NCBI GenBank assembly: GCA_012295275.1
Contig: CM022671.1
Location: forward strand, 32,550,001 to 32,614,000
DNA length: 64,000 bases
Direction: 5' to 3'
DNA from: Chrysomallon squamiferum
Lineage: Eukaryota > Animalia > Mollusca
Part shown: positions 27,001-40,551 of the stretch, one piece after another
Numbering within the stretch: the stretch's first letter is position 1
How the letters are laid out: each line of letters begins with the position of its first letter
The notes under the pieces: generated by a model
The model's database searches: none
The model's input: the letters and a program-made list of their open reading frames with translations, nothing else
What the model was told of the DNA's origin: nothing
Position numbers and translations under genes: made by a program

Positions 27001-29145
27001 CATGGTGTAATACAGATGTGTATAAACACTGTAAAAATATTCAGGAAACGGCCTAACTGATTATATTGCAACAGTTTTAAATTAACAAAGCCATGGAAAT
27101 GGACTCTCATCACTCTACACAGTATAACTGGTATTTATGGCTTAACTACACAGCAGTCTTTCAATTAATAATTGGTGTGAGCACCATTGGTTGGTATAAA
27201 ACCAGTTATTGAAAACTGGAACATGAAATACATGTACTTATCGATTATACCAGAAATCTGGAACATGAATACGTGTACTTCTTAATTATACCACAATTCA
27301 GGAACATTAATACATGTACTTCTTGATTATACCACAATTCAGGAACGTGAATACATGTACTTCTTGATTATACCACAATTCAGGAACATGAATACATGTA
27401 CTTCTTGATTATACCAGAATTCAGGAACGTGAATACATGTACTTCTTAATTATACCACAATTCAGGAACGTGAATACATGTACTTCTTGATTATACCACA
27501 ATTCAGGAACGTGAATACATGTACTTCTTGATTATAACAGAATTCACAAACATGAATACATGTACTTCTTAATTATACCACAATTCAGGAACATGAATAC
27601 ACGTACTTCTTGATTATAACAGAATTCACAAACATGAATACATGTACTTCTTAATTATACCACAATTCAGGAACATGAATACATGTACTTCTTGATTATA
27701 CCAGAATTCACGAACATGAATACATGTACTTCTTGATTATACCAGAATTCACGAACATGAATACATGTACTTCTAGGTTATTCCAGAAATCTGGAACATG
27801 AATACATGTACTTCTTGATTATACCAGAATTCACGAACATGAATACATGTACTTCTAGGTTATTCCAGAAATCTGGAACATGAATACATGTAACAGAAAT
27901 GATTTGGGTCTCCACTCTAGTTCTTGGGAGACAGACTTTCATTACAAAGATACATGTCTATGGTACCTATGATTTGTTTTTTAATAAGAAATATTTTTCT
28001 TCCTCAGTGATAGATCTTATTAAAAAACTGCTGACTGTTGACCCCAAGAAGAGACTGACATTGTCAGAAGCTCTTAATCATCCGTGGTTTAAAGTAAGTT
28101 TTTTTTTTAAAATTTTAGCTTTATTATTATAATGAAATATTTTTTTCAGATTAATACTGTCAGTGGTTTAAAATAAACTTTATACTGTATCACTTAATCT
28201 ACAGTTTCTCTTTTAATATTGTTGAAAATAATTATCCCATAATACTGTCTCAAGTGGGAATATTTGAAATTACATGAAGCACTTGATTTTAATTTCTTGA
28301 ATGCATTTTTTGCCTGCTGTAGTGATCACAATTTTGATTTCTCCTGTGCCCAGAGTAGCAGTAAATTAAGTTTAATCAATCCTGTATGTTGCCTAAATAC
28401 TGTCTGTTTCAACATGGTTCAAATTCTGACAGTTAGATGGTGATATCCAAAATAGTGTTGATAAAAAATTTTCATTCTCTATTCTGACTTAATGTTATTG
28501 ATTTGGAAAGTTGGATCTTGAATTAATTTTAAATATTTGCATTCATTTTATTGAGGATGAAGAGATGAAGCTTAAGGCCAACAGACTGATGTATCCAGAA
28601 TCAGATGGGATGGCTCCACCAAACAAGATGGTTAATACATTTGTTTTTTAAATAGTAAAATAAAATAAATACTGTATTAATCTTGTTTGTGAATGTGTAT
28701 GCATGTTTTTGATTCTGTGTGTGTGTGTGTGTGTGTGTGTCTGTGCATGTTGTCCTTTGTTTTCATTTAAAATTATTAATTAAGAAAAGGAATCTGCAAA
28801 ATCATAAAATTTTCACACCACTTTTGTACCATTTTACCTCTGTTTTAGAACTATATAAAGAAAAAGCATATAAAATATTTTTTTTAAAAAGAGAAAAGTA
28901 AGAGATACCAAAGTCCTCAAGTTTATTATATAAATACTAATCTGTCAGGCTCAGGAATTATTATTATCACTATGTATATATGCACAAACATCATCATCAT
29001 TATTATCCATCTTATTACTATTATTATTATTATTGTTTAGCCTGGGAAGAAGAGAAGTCTGGAAGGAGGGGAGGATCCTCCCTCAAAGAGGAAATCATCA
29101 GCAGACACAACATCACCTCCAGATTCTCCTGATGATGTTAACTGA
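18746..29145 (+). CDS. CHEK2: Serine/threonine checkpoint kinase Chk2 (SQ/TQ region, FHA, kinase), ~506 aa
   Basis: 16 exons: 18746-18950, 19620-19738, 21369-21447, 22039-22104, 22561-22651, 22947-23055, 23268-23321, 23810-23874, 24402-24501, 24747-24785, 25531-25578, 25952-26115, 26594-26709, 28008-28093, 28556-28630, 29041-29145; total 1521 nt. ETLPTQDL (Thr68 equivalent), FHA ([17 protein letters not shown]), [43 protein letters not shown], and a basic C-terminal NLS (KKR...KRK). Confidence 0.96.
27217..27892. repeat. 41-bp minisatellite, ~16 copies, in CHEK2 intron 13
   Basis: Unit GGAACATGAATACATGTACTTCTTGATTATACCACAATTCA in head-to-tail copies with few substitutions. Confidence 0.95.
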
Positions 29146-29498
29146 TGTTTTTGTGCAAGAATAGGAAGAAGAAGAAAAAAGAAAATACAAGAATGGGAAA
29201 TAAGACTGAATGTAATACCAAATATTAATGCACCAAAATGAACAAAAAATGTCCAAAAAATCCCCCAAATATTGTTGTTGTTGCATAGGTGCATTTCATA
29301 ACTTGGAAATCTTGTGTACTTAATTTTATATAATTCCAGATAACTGATGACAAAAAATAACAATTTGTGAAAAAACACGTGGAAACTAATTTGTTTTTCT
29401 TTTATGTTATGTAAAGAATTCCACATACACTGGTGTATGTGTGTGTGTGTGTATGTTTATATATATGTGTGTGTATGTTTATATATATGTGTGTGTGT

Positions 29499-29539
<41 letters not shown>

Positions 29540-29807
29540 TATATCAAATGATTTACTGTTTTGAGCATTTCTTCACATAAACATAAAATAAATGTGTAAA
29601 AGGTTCATGAGATCTGTTAAGATGAAATAAATGCTTTGGTTTCTCAATTTATTTTAAAGTCAGAATTGTAATAAGAGACCAAATAACTGAAACCTCAAAT
29701 TTATGTATTATACATACTTGTTGAACTCTCTAGGTTTATATCAATTATTTTATTTTTATTTTTTTTTTCAATTTGTTGGTAAATTTATAGTTAGATGGTT
29801 CTTTTCC

Positions 29808-29840
<33 letters not shown>

Positions 29841-31930
29841 CAGAATGAATATTTCATGTAATCAGATTTTTATTTGGTATGAGACATGTTTTTGTGAAAT
29901 TATGAGAAAAGAAACCGCCTGTATTTTGTGTTCAGTATGAAATTGTATAATTTGTAAATGCTGTGTAAGTAAAAACATTCAAGTAAGAGGGAGATTCAGA
30001 TTGTGTCATTGTTAGTAGCATGTATTGCAGCTGAAATTACTGTTATGTATATTGTTGTAAAAGGAAAAAAAGATAAAACTTGATGTCAAAATAACCCTTA
30101 TATTAATATAAATATGCAAAATGAAGAAATAGTTTGAATGAATGAATGTTTAACAACTGAACCAAACATAAAATTATTCCTGTTAATCATAGAAATAGTT
30201 TAGCAAATTCAGGTACTTGCAAAAAAAAAAAATGAAATAATGTGTAACTAAAATTGTAGTTCATAATGAAAATGTTGGGCATTGTGTTAATTATTTTTTA
30301 ACATTTGGCTTTAGATAGAAATGAATTATTTTTAATCTAGAAATATATATTTTTGTAATTTAAAAGAAAGCACTGCCACTAGTTTGTATTTATGGATTAG
30401 CAACAAATCATCTTATGTATGCACCTACACTTTGACTGATAACTTTGAAGTACTGACAGGATCGGGAAAACAATTTAGTTTTCATTAGTTCCGATATATT
30501 TTCATTTTATTTTCAATACTGTAAATTTTCACCAAAAAAAAGTTTGGCTACTGATCATTTCCCCCAAGTTAATAAAAAAAAAAAAAAAAAATAAAACCAC
30601 TGCTTTGACCAACCTGTGCTTACTTTTGTAACTATACTTGTTGGCTGTTTAAAATGTTATTCACAAATTTTGAACAATGACTTTCTGTGGACAAAAACAG
30701 TTTTGATATTCCTTTATAAAAAATGTTTATCATTTCCAATTTAGACCTTTCTGTTGTTTTTTGCGGTGTTTTTTTTTTTTTTTTTTTTAGGGAGGGCTTG
30801 GCAGGATTAATTTTTTTTTTTTTACTCATATCTATAGAAAACAATGGACATTTTTTATGGGACAAGGAAGGATACATTAATATAGATTTATTTTAGAAAC
30901 TTTTATAATATATGACATTGTTTTATAGTATTATATTTTGAAAAAAAGTATTGTGACTCAATTTTAAATATTAAATATTAAATATTTTACGAAGTTTGTT
31001 TATATATATATATATATAAAATTCTATAGACACAAATATACACACATTTTGTCTGTATAGAAATTTTTTGTGAGACATTTACTACCACTGTCACACATTT
31101 AAACTATATCAAACACAGTTTTAAGATAATTTTGAAACAGAAAAGTGATTTCCAAGATAAAAGTATGAAATTGTTTCATGTGAAAATATACAACAAACAA
31201 CATTTATTATAAACTTTTATTTAAATTGAACTAATGTGAAATAAGATTTGGAGAGTAATTAGAATAGTTACATGGAATGTTTTCAAATATATTTTACAGC
31301 TCACCCTGTCTCTCATTTGTCATACAGGAAAACAAATACTAATAAGTAACCATAAATTACTTTCTTTTTCTTTTTTTAAAGAAAAAGAAATTTATTATAT
31401 TAATATAATTTATGATATAAATATTGCACTTAGTGAGTAAAACCCATGTTGTCTGACAACAATATAGTAAATATAATATATTAAGTATTTATTAAAGTTT
31501 TAAAATAAAAGAATAAATTGAATCGTGTAAACAACAAAATAAAACACAAACAACAAAAACACAAGAAATAGTAAAAAAATTTAAAATAAAACAATACATT
31601 TGATCAATGCAAAATACTTTTTTTTTAAATTTTAAAACCTACAGCTAATTTATAATCTACATATTGAACTTCTTACAATACTACAATAAATATATAATAT
31701 AAAATGTTAAGTATTTATCAAATGTTTTAAAATGGAACGATAATCTGAATCATAAATATGTAAAATAAAATTAAATTGAAAATATTTCCAAAAATCAAAA
31801 CATTTGATTAGCACAAAGTAAGTAATATGACCAGATTAAAACTGTAATTATTTATATATACATCTAATTTAACTTTCTGTAAAAACTAACAGTACTAAAG
31901 GATGAAAGAAAAGTTTTAATATTGAAAATA

Positions 31931-32283
31931 CTGTTGACCCTCAATTTCATGGACTAATAGGGGGAGCAGCTGTCCAGTAAATGCATAAAATCTGGGAAGT
32001 TGCAAATAAACAACCCTAAAATTTACCACAATTTATAACAGGTATATAACAAGGAACAAAATACAGACACAAAAACAATGCATACAGATATCATGCAGTA
32101 TGTGTAAAGAAAAATGTTAGCTAGATTGAGGTGGTTAGTTGTTGAGAATGGGTTGTGATCATACAGTAAAACTTGGGGGGGGTGGGAATTAATATACTTG
32201 AAGGTAAGATTTCAAGTGGCAAATAGTGGTAAGTTTAGATTTAGTTATCTTTTCCAGATTTCTGTGAAACTGAGGGTCAATAA
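31931..32283. mobile_element. MITE, TA-flanked (Tc1/mariner/pogo-type)
   Basis: TA|CTGTTGACCCTCAATTTCA ... TGAAACTGAGGGTCAATAA|TA imperfect TIRs. Confidence 0.6.
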
Positions 32284-33037
32284 TATCAGTATAATTAGAA
32301 AAAATGGGAATAATTCCCTCAGATTGTCAGATACAAATATTGTGAACTGTGAAATAAATATTCCTTGAAATTTTTCAAATAAGATTTCAGGTGAAATTAA
32401 ACAACTTTGAAGGAAATGAAGAAATCAGTAAAATTTATTTATAAATAAAAAAACCTGAGAAAAGAAAATATTTATTTAAACAATTGTTGTATCCATCATT
32501 GTTTGAAAATAGTATTTTGAGGCAATAATCAAAATAAAATCTTTTATGTTCATGTATTCTAAATGGAAAAATAACAAACATTAAATATTTGATTTGACCA
32601 AGTATTGTATGTGATGAAGCATTTGATATCTTTGTGGACAGTTCTGTATTAGAGATCTTAACATATTTTTTAAAAATAAAATGAATATTTTTCTAAATAT
32701 TATAAAAATAAATAAATTATAAAGAAGGTACTACAAAATAATGTAACATTTATTTAAAATGGTGCTTTCAAATATTAAATATGTTTAAAACAACTGTTTC
32801 ACAATATAACATTTTACACCAACAAAGATTTTTGTATAATTATCTCATCTGTAAAGCACTTCATTAACAAAACAAAAAATCTTGTTTTCTCAGTGATAAA
32901 ATATAATATTCATCAACAGAAATGTATGCACCTCTCGACTGTTGATGAAACCAAAATTTAACATCACAATGATTTTCTTATGCACCATTCTCTTGTTAAA
33001 ATAATACAACATTTAATACCAATAAAGACTTGTACAC

Positions 33038-35742
33038 CTATCTCTCAGTGGCTACAATAGAAAAATATTTAGGTCGAATAAGAAAATCATGGTCTCCTTC
33101 TATATCTGGTAAAATGTCTTTGTCAGATTTCACAGACAGTTGGTGCATAACAGTGGCAAAGAAGAGAAAGAGCTGGATTTCTGCCAGGCTTTCCCCAGAG
33201 CAGGATCTGATACCTGCACCGTATGGTAAAAAATGATCAGGAATCTCCAGTGTTTTATCTTCATTGATAAACCTGTTAAAATAAGAATAGTCTTAAAAAT
33301 ACACACCTGATCAGATAATATACAAATCAAAGCATTAAATATTAAATGCACACAACTATGCACAAATACACATACACTTTCCAAAAATGCCTCCATGTGC
33401 TATTTCATACACATCATTAAATAATAAATATAAAGTTTTATACAGTTACATTCATAAATGCATAGAGTGACAGACACTTTTTTCTCCTCTGCAACTACAT
33501 TTTTGATAAATAACAGATGTGTATATATCTTCTGGGTAACTATTTAATGACACTAGCACAAAATTACGTCTACTATTCCAAACAAAGGTAAATAAATGCT
33601 AGCACAAAATTATGTCTACTATTCCAAACAAAGGTAAATAAATGCTAGCACAAAATTACGTCTACTATTCCAAACAAAGGTAAATAAATGCTTAATAAGA
33701 ACAGCAGATGCTGTTATATTGAATTTAAACTCATATTCAATAACATGGCTCAGCCATACCCATGTAGTGGTACAAAATCCAGTAAGGGAAATAAAATACA
33801 ATAAATAAGCGGTTTACTGATAAAACTAATTATCTCATGTCCTCACCTGTTTGGATCAAACTTCATTGGATTTCTCCAGTAACGTGGATCATGGTGGATA
33901 CTCCATACATTGAACAGGAGACACGTTCCTTTAGATATTCTGTAACCTAATAATTATAATAAAAGATATGTTTAAAAAAGAGAGAGAAAATTAAAATACT
34001 TTATAAAAGGAGATAATAAAGGATAATACATTAATTCTGTATCCAAAAGGCTGAATTCAATCTATCCCTGAATCTTTATGGTATTTTTGTGAGGAATGTA
34101 TTTTCAGGAAAGGGTATGTGTTTTGAGACATTTTTTTAAAAAGAAATATAAACATATCTGAGTCTTATAATTATGGAAAAGGATTATTTTATTTTAATTG
34201 CTTAAAGAAAAAAGAAGAAAATATAAAACAATCCCCCCCCAAAATAAAATAATAATATTAACCGAATAATTCACAGCTTACCCTGAAGTGTACAGTCTTC
34301 AGTTGCCACATGAGGCTGTAAAAAAGGGTACACGGATGCAATTCTTTCTGTTTCAAATATTACTGCTGTGGTGTATGGCAAATATGGCTGATCCAACAAT
34401 GAAGGCAACCGATCCCTGCCAACCACAGTGTCCAGTTCTTTTTGAACTTCACTTTGAATGCTGGGAAATGCTACCATGTATCTGAGCAGCCATGTCAAGG
34501 TCACAGCGATAGCTTCATATCCTGCATTTGACAAGTCAAGGAGGAGAAAATCAATGTCTTCCTTCTCCAGCAGAGATCTGTCTTCTCCTGTCTCTAGGTA
34601 AAGCAGTAAGTGGTCAACCATGTCTCTCAGATTTTCTGGATCGTAACTATCTTTGTGGCAGTTAATAATTTTTCTCTGATATTCCAGCTGATTCTCTGTC
34701 ATCCGAGAAATGGCATCTAAGTCGTCTCTGGTGCGAAATATTTTCAAAAAAGGAACATAGTCCAGTGGATTGAAGTAACGGACTTTGTTTCTGGCGTGAA
34801 ATGTGGACAGCATTTCTCTCATTGGCCATCCTGTGGGGTCAAACCTTTGACCAAAAACAAGCTTCATCATTATGTTGAGACAAGCAGCCTCCAGTGACCA
34901 GAACGGGTCAAAAGGCTGATCAGTTTCAATAAATTTGTTCACAACATCAACAATGTCCAGTGCCAGAACATCTTCAATGCTTTCAGTGTTGCAACAGTAG
35001 GCATCGAGACTGCTGTTCAAGAAATTTTTTTTAATTTTATATTTTTCATTCATAGCTGCTAAACAAACTCCTACAAAGAAATATGGATGGATGAAAGAAA
35101 TAGTAATAATAATATAATAATAACAACAACAACAATATGAATTTATTCCAATACAAATTTAAAACGTAACACTAAACAATTATATACAAATTTTATTGTC
35201 ATAATATTTATTACGAAAGAGAGAGAGAAATGAAATAAGTATTTCATGTAAGTACACTAACAGTTTAATTATATTAAATTATATCTTATATTTACAAATT
35301 ATCTCTTGCAACAAAAACATACAGATGTAAGTATTTTCAAATGACCTCTTTCCTTATCTCCTCCATACAGTGAATGACATGACTCAAGACCAGTCCGACC
35401 TGAAAACTTGTCTCCATTCTCAACCAGACCTTCTTTGATAGCTTCCAAAGAACAAGCCACAACAACTGTATTGCTGCCAATCCTCAGCTGAAACACATCT
35501 CCATAACTTTCCTTCAGATTGGACAGAATTATATACGACTTTTGCTGAAAATAGGTTAGATGACCAATGACAGGCCAACCCCATGGTCCAGGAGGTGAAT
35601 TGTTTGATCGTTTGACCATAAATGTCAATCCCATCAGACTTAGAATAAGAGCTATTATCCATTGATAACTGAAATCCAACTGTAGATATTCAATTAACTG
35701 AGAAGGCACAGCTCCTTGAATGTATTTGAATAGATACATCAT
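33038..35742 (-). CDS. Cytochrome P450, clan 2 (CYP1/CYP307-spook-like), ~506 aa
   Basis: Exons 35742-35346, 35070-34282, 33946-33847, 33272-33038(TAG); total 1521 nt. N-terminal TM anchor, PPGPWGWPVIGHL hinge, YGDVFQLRIG, I-helix AGYEAI, K-helix ETER, PMKFDPNRF (PERF region), heme motif PYGAGIRSCSG. Confidence 0.93.
33553..33692. repeat. 46-bp tandem repeat, 3 copies, in P450 intron 3
   Basis: Unit CTAGCACAAAATTACGTCTACTATTCCAAACAAAGGTAAATAAATG, near-identical copies. Confidence 0.92.
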
Positions 35743-36500
35743 TTTTTAAATGTAACTGTTAAAATAATATTCTAAACTACTTTAATATTTTATTATTATA
35801 ATATTAAAAGTTTATGCAGAATGAGTATTATTAGTTATTTATTGCAACTGTCTATTATGATAGTTATTAAATAACTTCTAAAGTATACTAATACTAGTAC
35901 TAGTTGTATTACTATTAGTATTACGATTTTCAAGAATACTGAAATTTCGTAAAACTTGTATTCACTTAAATTATCAAGTCTAATATTATAATTATTTAAT
36001 TTACTAATAAAGTAATATGACCGTCTTATTGTGACTTATTAAGTTGGAGTAAAAGAATTTGCGCAATTAGGCACAAAATAAATCGTCTTATCAGTCTATT
36101 TACTTAATATAACCTGAAGAGTGTAGTTAGTTGTTCCAAGAATGGAACGATAGGATATTTCATATTTCGATACTGGTCATACTAATTACGAGTATCCACT
36201 CCTAAAATTAAAAAATCATTTATCAGTTGAGAAAATGTTAGTACACTGATTTTTTTTTTTTTTTTTTTTTTATGTAGCATACATATCAATTATAACGATA
36301 TTTATTTATATTAAGCTTGCACTTATCTGAACTGTTTCCTAACAACACGATATGTCAAAACGTGCAAAACAACTTTTGGCACCGTGGTAAACCATCCGCC
36401 ATTGTTGTAAACATACTTTTTCAACCAATCAAACATTTATAAATACTTTCATCGGCGTTGAGTGAACCGTAAAACGAATTGTTTCCTGCGTGTTTTCAAA
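35743..36500. promoter_or_regulatory. Short divergent (bidirectional) promoter region between the P450 and NCBP3
   Basis: Start codons are 758 bp apart, head-to-head. YY1-like CCGCCATT (~36396), CCAAT (~36425) and AAAATGGCG spanning the NCBP3 ATG. Local CpG enrichment. Confidence 0.55.
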
Positions 36501-37917
36501 ATGGCGAGTCGTGGAGAAAAGCTACCTAATTTGAAGATATGTCTTGACAACACAGAAGATGACGATGATCTTGATGACGAACTGTCTGTTGGCGATAACA
36601 TTAGTAATGAAGATGATGTGATAGTTCAACCTGAGATCGTGGAAGATAATGAAAGGGAGGACTGTGTAGAATTTAATGTGAACCTATCAGGAGTGCATCC
36701 ACATCAACTTGAGGAAGATGATCATGCTAAAAAGAAAATACAATTTAAACCTGAGGTATACAAATTTGGTTTAAAAATATATTGCTTTTGTGTTTTAAAA
36801 TTCCAACATTTAGAGCACAAAGAGAAGAAATACACGTTTAACAGAGGAAAATATAATTATTTGACAATTATGTTTATTAATAATGATGATTCAAAGCCGC
36901 TAATTTGAACTTCCGGTAGAGAATACATTTTAAAACAATTAAATTTTAACATAACTAAAAAAAATAAAAAATATAAATTAAAAAAATTCTTAAGATTTGT
37001 GATTTGAAACTGTTGAAAACATTTTGCATTCATTGATTCATAATCGTGATAAAACGTCTGTGATGTAAATATAATTGTCATTTTTTGGAATTAAAAAATT
37101 GTTGTTACAATACTTTATAATTTATTATTATTATTATTATTATTATGTTGATCATTGTAAATACGCAATATCTTCCTTTTTTCCTACAATTTTCACTATA
37201 CTATAATACTAAGTACTTCTTTGATATCACATCGATGAGAGTAAGAGTCTAGACTAAGATAAATTTTGATTTTATTACAAACTGATTAATGTTCTTAATC
37301 TGATATAACACAGAATGTTATAATCAAATTATCAAAATCACTATATAATTTAAATTTGGCTAAATATTTAATATCATGAAAATCGAATATTTTTTTATTC
37401 AGCTTACCAAAAAGTATGAGAATAAGGCAGGCAACTTCTGTACAGGAATAGATATAACATCAAAGGTATGTTAAACTGAAATGGACTGTAGATATTTTCT
37501 ACTTTAATTACTTATTTATTCATAATCAGTCAGACTCTATTATTTTCTTTAATATGACTAATAATCCTCATAGTCTGGAAATAAGCCACCCTCCATCTTA
37601 TTAAGAATACTTGTATTGATATAATGTTAAAAGTTTTAATTAAAATATTAATTATAATTAATTGTCAGCCTCTCTGAATAGCTGCATGTCAGTATGTTAT
37701 TTTGGTGTGTATCTATTTAACTATTTATTGGTAGGAAGCATTTGAAAAGAAGAAAGAGAGAGCCCAGAGATTTGGTCTTCCTGTTGATGAAGTGGAAGAA
37801 AAGATAAAGTTATCAGCTCTTTATACTAGGTAATAAAAACATTATTTGATTTCATCAGGATATTTTAATAATAAGTGCCTAACAATGCCCTGAGAAAGAG
37901 AGAAAGAGAGAGAGACA

Positions 37918-37971
<54 letters not shown>

Positions 37972-39002
37972 AACACACGTGTTTGTATTAAAACTATTGA
38001 ATATTGTTGTAGTCTAGGGATCAAGGAAGGTGACTTGCACAAAGACGAGAGGGGAATTCGCCTGGAAGCTATACACCTGCGAGGCACAGAGAACATGAGT
38101 ACACAGGATGTATTCAAGTATTTTATTGAGTTTGCACCAGGAGCTGTTGAATGGATTGATGATAAGTCATGTAAGTTTTTTTTCTCTGCCTGTTTTATCC
38201 AGTGGTTTCCGTTAGTTTTTGTTTTATGTATGTGTGTGTGTGTGTGTGTGTGTATTTTGATTCTCTGTTTTAGATTTTACCATTTGAAATTGCTCACAGA
38301 GGTTATGTTTAATTATTTAACGTTTTATATTAATATGAAATTGTAATGTTCTTTTTGTATGAAAATTGAACATTGTGACTTGTATTTCAGGTAATGTGGT
38401 TTGGCTTGACACTGTGACTGCAGCTAGAGCTATGATAAAACTGAGTACAAGTGATGAACAGGCCGACATTCTGCTAGAAGATTTTAGAAAGTCAAGAAAA
38501 GAAAAAACATCTCTCATTAAGAAAGGTAGTTTTTTAGCAGATTCAAAAATATCCCAAAAATTAATAATTTTGCTTGTTTATGTGTATTTTACTTGAAATA
38601 CACTGTTTTGTTACAATTTAATAACAAAAAAATAAAAATAAGAAAGTTAAATTTTACAATTTTTTTTATTAAATAAATATATTTGTCAAGATTGGATACT
38701 AGCTAAAACCATTTCAACAAAATGTTCTTTGATTTTGGTGAGATTGCAGAAATGATTTTTTTTTTTTTTTAAATAATATTTTTATAAGAATAATTTTCAT
38801 GGAATTGTACCTAAACTGCAATGCATGACTGAAAATTTTAAAACTCCATATTTTAATTCATTCTTCACTGTTGTATTTTGTTTTCTTGTTTTCCATTTTT
38901 TAAAAAAAAGATGTACATGTTCAAAACAGACTCAGTTATGTCACATGGATAAGGTTTTGATTGGATCCATTAAGACAAATAAATTTAATGCTTATCTTTG
39001 CT

Positions 39003-39051
<49 letters not shown>

Positions 39052-40518
39052 GAGCAATGGTTAAGGTATAATGTGTCATTATTTTTTAATAGTGTTAAGT
39101 ACTTACTTTTTCTCTGTGTGTGTCTTTGTGGGTTTATGGGTTTGAAAGAAATTGTTAGACATATACATATGTTTATCCTAGATGATTAATATAAGTAGTC
39201 ATTGAAATAACAGTGATGATTTTCCTCAGATGCAATAACAATTAATATTAAAATACTCTAGTTAAATACATATTGATTAATTTGTATTTTATCAATATCA
39301 TTTTAAAGATGAACCTAAACTTGAAGATGTGGAAATGGAAGAAGTTACAACACAAAAATCTGAAGTATCAAAGGATGCAGAGAAAAAAGATGACGAGTCA
39401 AAAACAGTCGTTGATGAGCAGCAGATGGAGGTGGAAGAGGAAGACGATGTGCTTGATCTGTGTGCTGATGAAGAACTGAAACAAAAACAAACCACAGGAA
39501 AAGCTGCCACAAGCCACGAACAGCAAGCAAAGCCACAGAAACAGCAACCACAGAAGAGTAAAAGTTTGGATGAGGAGTGTGACAGTGGTGTGGAGGACAA
39601 TACTAGTGACAAGGATGATGAGTCAGATGATAAGGATGATCATTCAGATCAGGATTCATCATCAGACAAGAAGGTAATGTTACAAAGCTTAGACGTCACT
39701 TCAGTAGTTTAGAAATATAGTAATTCGTGTTGAAATTATTGTTATTATTTAAGATATATTTGTCAGAAAACATCAGTAATATAGAGGTATGTGTGTGTAT
39801 GTATAAATTACTTTTCCTTTCATTGGCAAATGTTCCATATTAAAAATAGTTAACACTTCAGGAAAAAACAATTAGAATTATTTTTTATATCTAAGAATTA
39901 TTTAAGAAAGGAAAAATAAAATTAATATATGCAATAATGAAAACTTACAATTTGTTTTGTATTTTTTATGCTTAATTCCATTTAGCATAAGAAAGCTTAT
40001 TTGTAAATAAATACCTTCTACTGTAGGCATTTAAAAACAAATATATTTTTTTAGAATGATGAAGTAAGTAAAGTAGGTGAAATGACAGATGACAAGACTT
40101 CCACAGGAGACGAATTATCTAGAGCTATATCATGGCCACCAGGAAGATGGCGACTTGGTAAAGAATGTCCAAAAGCAAGATACCTCTTTATGCGATTTGC
40201 AACAAAAGGTGGGTTTTTCATTTAAATGTTTCAAATTACTAGTAATGATATTTTCATAGCATTAGTTGTCTTCGGTTTTTATTTATTTTTAACAAAAGGT
40301 GGATTTCTTTGTTTTAATAACACTGTTCTTTATTTTTTTTTGGTTTTTATTTTATTTTTTTTTTTAAAAATAGATTTTAGATATATTAATTTCATTGAAA
40401 TATTGTTAATTTTTACTTAGATATGAATTAAATGCCCGTGTAGCAGAATTATAAATAAACGTTATTAATGTTCTTTCATTCTTAACCTTAATTAATTTAT
40501 AATTAATATTCTGGTGCA

Positions 40519-40551
<33 letters not shown>

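Noticed and set aside
27217-27892. CRISPR-like array, or clustered p53 response elements in CHEK2
   Set aside because: Units are head-to-tail with no unique spacers and there are no cas genes. The two CATG cores are 8 bp apart, not the 10 bp of a p53 full site, and flanks mismatch RRRCWWGYYY.
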